This document shows positions 61,125 to 64,000 of a DNA stretch of 64,000 nt, piece after piece (the first letter of the stretch is position 1; every line of letters starts with the position of its first letter). The position numbers were made by a program, and so were the translations under genes. Source of the stretch: Candidatus Poribacteria bacterium (lineage in GTDB: Bacteria; Poribacteria; WGA-4E; JAJDTR01); NCBI GenBank assembly GCA_965222225.1, contig CBDCTK010000002.1, forward strand, positions 5,536,001-5,600,000. Reading direction: 5' to 3'. The notes under the pieces are model-generated. The model made no database searches, was not told where the DNA came from, and was given only the letters and a program-made list of their open reading frames with translations.

Positions 61125-61298
61125 ATGCGACTATTTAGGAAATCCATCATCGTTGTGCTAATTTTAGGGCTTGCGCTTATCGCAGTAAAGTTAGTTTTGC
61201 CTATCGCCATTTGGGTATTTCAATTCGCTTTCACGGTGCTCGCCCTTATCGCAATTGGAATCGCGATTGTGTATCTCTATCACAAACTCCGCGCGTAA
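61125..61298 (+). CDS. Small two-TM membrane protein, 57 aa
   Basis: AAGGA RBS; MRLFRKSIIVVLILGLALIAVKLVLPIAIWVFQFAFTVLALIAIGIAIVYLYHKLRA. Below the ORF-track cutoff. Confidence 0.7.
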   Translation: MRLFRKSIIVVLILGLALIAVKLVLPIAIWVFQFAFTVLALIAIGIAIVYLYHKLRA

Positions 61299-61334
61299 CC
61301 TACTTCCAAGGGGATTTTTTAGCCTTAGCTACCA

Positions 61335-62792
61335 ATGAATCAGAAAAACATTGAAGCACCCGTATCAAACGACATGGCGCTTAACTATCACCTCATGCAT
61401 CCCGGCGGCGATAGTGCGCCCGGTGATCCCAACGCCGCATTCTATCTGGATGGCACGTATCACCTACACTATATCTTGAGACAGACGTGGCAGGGCGAGC
61501 GGTCGTTCTGCTTTGTCCATGTCACCAGTCCGGACATGCTACACTGGACGTGGCAGGCAACAAAGCTCCAGCCGTCTTTCACGGGTCACGGCATGTTCAG
61601 CGGCACCGGTTTCATCACAAAGGAGGGACAGCCTGCCACCATCTACCACGGTCAAGCCTCCCAGCGGAATCATATCGCTCTTGCCAATGGTAGAACCTTA
61701 TCCGCGTGGGAAAAGCCGTTTCCGGTCGAACCGAAGACAGCCGATGGAGCAGATGCGGAAATGCATCACTGGGATCCCGATTGCTTCCTCATCGGCGACA
61801 CCTACTACGCCATCTCCGGCGGCAGACACCAACCGCTCAGTAAGTCACAAGATTTGCGGAATTGGAGCTATGTCGGCGATTTCCTGAAGCACGAGTTGCC
61901 GGATTCAGCAATTGGCGAAGACATTTCTTGCCCCAATTTTTTCCGTCTCGGAGACAAGTGGGTGTTGCTGTGTATCAGCCATCCGTTCGGGTGCCGCTAC
62001 TACATTGGCGATTGGGACGTGGAGAACGAGCAGTTCGTTCCCGAAACACACGGGCGGATGAATTGGCGGCGTCCTGACCAATCCATTTACGAAACGGAAT
62101 ACCGGGACTACTTTGCGCCGGAAAGCGTGCTTACTCCAGATGGACGCCGGGTCATGTGGGCGTGGCTTGTTACCCTCAATGATGAGATTTCCCAAAGGAC
62201 AATTCAGTCTCTGCCGCGTGAACTGAGTTTGGCAGAAGATAATAGCCTGGGTATCCGCCCTCTGCGCGAACTCGAAACGCTCCGCTATGATCGAACTATT
62301 CTCAGAAATCTCGCGGTGACGCCGCCAGAACGCTCACATAGTAGCACTGCCACCGCGCGCATTGCCAATCTTGAGGGCGACGCTCTTGAGTTGAGAATTA
62401 CGATTGACAGAGAGCAGGCGGTGCGCAAGCGGTTCGGTTTCCGACTCTTTGCCAACGAAGATCACGAAGGGTTGCCAATTCTGATTCACCCGGAGACGGC
62501 GACTCTGCGCGTCGGAACGACCGAGGCTCCGTTCGCGGTAGCCGATCTTCCCGAAGGCGAAGACGTTGAGTTGCGCATCTTTATTGACAAATACCTTGTC
62601 GAGGTTTTTGCCAATCATCGGCAAGCTGTCGTGGGCGCCCACATGGATTATCACTCTGCCAACGGTCTGAACGCCTACACCTACGGCGACCCGACAACGA
62701 TTCGGCAGATCGAAATCTGGAAACTGAAGTCTACGAATCAGGGATTTTTCGAGGCGCGAGAAAATCGCATCTGGGCGCCAGACACCGAGTAA
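61335..62792 (+). CDS. Glycoside hydrolase family 32 protein
   Basis: [51 protein letters not shown]. Confidence 0.88.
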   Translation: MNQKNIEAPVSNDMALNYHLMHPGGDSAPGDPNAAFYLDGTYHLHYILRQTWQGERSFCFVHVTSPDMLHWTWQATKLQPSFTGHGMFSGTGFITKEGQPATIYHGQASQRNHIALANGRTLSAWEKPFPVEPKTADGADAEMHHWDPDCFLIGDTYYAISGGRHQPLSKSQDLRNWSYVGDFLKHELPDSAIGEDISCPNFFRLGDKWVLLCISHPFGCRYYIGDWDVENEQFVPETHGRMNWRRPDQSIYETEYRDYFAPESVLTPDGRRVMWAWLVTLNDEISQRTIQSLPRELSLAEDNSLGIRPLRELETLRYDRTILRNLAVTPPERSHSSTATARIANLEGDALELRITIDREQAVRKRFGFRLFANEDHEGLPILIHPETATLRVGTTEAPFAVADLPEGEDVELRIFIDKYLVEVFANHRQAVVGAHMDYHSANGLNAYTYGDPTTIRQIEIWKLKSTNQGFFEARENRIWAPDTE

Positions 62793-62820
62793 AATCCAAA
62801 AAGACCTACCCGTGCCAGCT

Positions 62821-62993
62821 CTGCCCAACATCGTCATTATTCTCACCGACGATCTCGGTTACGGCGACCTATCCTGCCAAGGACATCCACTCTTCGAACA
62901 CCCAATCTAGATCGGCTTGCAACGGAAGGACAGCGGTGGACGAGTTTCTACGCCTCTAGCCCACTCTGCAATTCGAGCCGATCAAACGACTGA
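62821..62993 (+). pseudogene. Truncated sulfatase N-terminal fragment
   Basis: [23 protein letters not shown], a frameshift, then [29 protein letters not shown], ending at a GA-hairpin repeat. Confidence 0.75.
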
Positions 62994-63016
62994 ATAGGGA
63001 GTGCGATAGAATTGCC
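62980..63016 (+). repeat. Covarying GA-hairpin repeat in the opposite orientation
   Basis: GATCAA-AC-GA-CT-GAATA-GG-GA-GT-GCGATAG-AATTGCC. Confidence 0.85.
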
Positions 63017-63094
63017 TGCGGGAAACAGGTGGGCATGTATCACATCTGCCTGGACATTAACAGATTTGTAGTTTTGTTTATCAGTCCACTTGCG

Positions 63095-63118
63095 GGTCGG
63101 GCTAGAAGCCCGACCTAC
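63095..63118. repeat. GTAG-type REP-like palindrome
   Basis: GGTCGGGCT-AGA-AGCCCGACC-TAC. Confidence 0.6.
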
Positions 63119-63212
63119 AGGAATGGGGCGCAACTTGGGTTAGATAACAATCTGCTGGATTTGTCTATCCGGCAGGAGCCTTTTGACCTTAGATTTGTCT
63201 TGGATGTTGATT

Positions 63213-64000
63213 ATGTCTCAACCCAACGTTGTTTTTGTTTTGACGGATGATCAGGGCTACGGAGATCTTTCGTGTCTCGGGAATCCCGTGCTGCGCACAC
63301 CGTCATTGATCGCTTTCATGACGAGAGTGTGCGTTTCACGGATTTCCACGTCGCCCCGATGTGCACCCCGACCCGCGGCGAGCTGCTGACCGGACGCGAT
63401 GCGTTGTACAATGGAGCAACGTTCGTCTGTTTGGGACGTACTTTGTTGCGCAGCAATCTCCCCCCGGTGGCGGATATCTTTGCCGTGAACGGTTATCACA
63501 CGGGGCACTTCGGAAAATGGCATTTGGGTGACAACTATCCCTACAGACCTCAGGATCGAGGTTTCCACGAAACCGTGTATCATCCCGCGTGGGGAATTAC
63601 GTCCGCTCCCGACTACTTTGGGAATGATTACTTTGACGACCACTATCGTCATCGGGACGAAATCAAGCAGTATCGTGGTTACTGCACGGATGTGTGGTTC
63701 GAGCAGGCTATAGCTTGGATGAGGCGGTGTCATCAGCAAGGGAATCCCTTCTTCACGTATATTGCGACCAATGCCCCGCATGGACCGCTGTGGGTACCGA
63801 ATCAATACAGGCAGCCGTACCTTGGTGAGGTCAATCGGAACGAGGCAAGCTTCTTCGGGATGGTTGCGAACATTGACGAGAACATGGAGCGTCTCGAATC
63901 ATTTCTGAAGGAGACAGGATTGCGCGAGAATACCATCCTGATTTTCATGACGGACAACGGCACCGCCACAGGCGAGAATGTGTTCAATGCGGGAATGCGC
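63213..64000 (+). pseudogene. Arylsulfatase with a frameshift near 63305 (runs off the window edge)
   Basis: MSQPNVVFVLTDDQGYGD...RTP, then a shifted frame with IDRFHDES...CTPTR (formylglycine motif), GHFGKWHLG, NAPHGP, FMTDNG. Confidence 0.8.

Noticed and set aside
63257-63805. 182-aa minus-strand ORF
   Set aside because: Antisense shadow of the frameshifted arylsulfatase.

Overview
Bacterial chromosome segment with about 45 genes. The mix of DUF5069, PhyH, sulfatases, GH32, HEAT and WD40 repeats and DUF4159 resembles Candidatus Poribacteria (inference, not verified). Housekeeping genes: PPi-type PFK, rpiA, ABC-F, ggt, Fpg/Nei, ftsB-eno, korAB, prs, smpB-tmRNA, two pspA paralogues, and a split ccm cluster with a CxxxY-type CcmE. 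Several accessory genes are broken (amidase, DegT aminotransferase, vWA/WD40, sulfatases). Two observations stand out. (1) A dispersed ~38-nt intergenic element occurs at 8 loci in about 16 full or partial copies. Its purine-rich strand reads GGGATCAA-NN-GA-NN-GRATA-N'N'-GA-N'N'-GCGATAGAGATCCC. The variable dinucleotides covary as a hairpin, and copies often sit inside REP or MITE remnants or at gene truncation points. (2) A two-gene operon beside smpB encodes a Gly2 QatB-like partner and a QatC/QueC-family enzyme fused to a TIR domain, with no qatA or qatD in the window; it is a candidate new defence system. All calls come from motif recognition by eye; no database searches were run.
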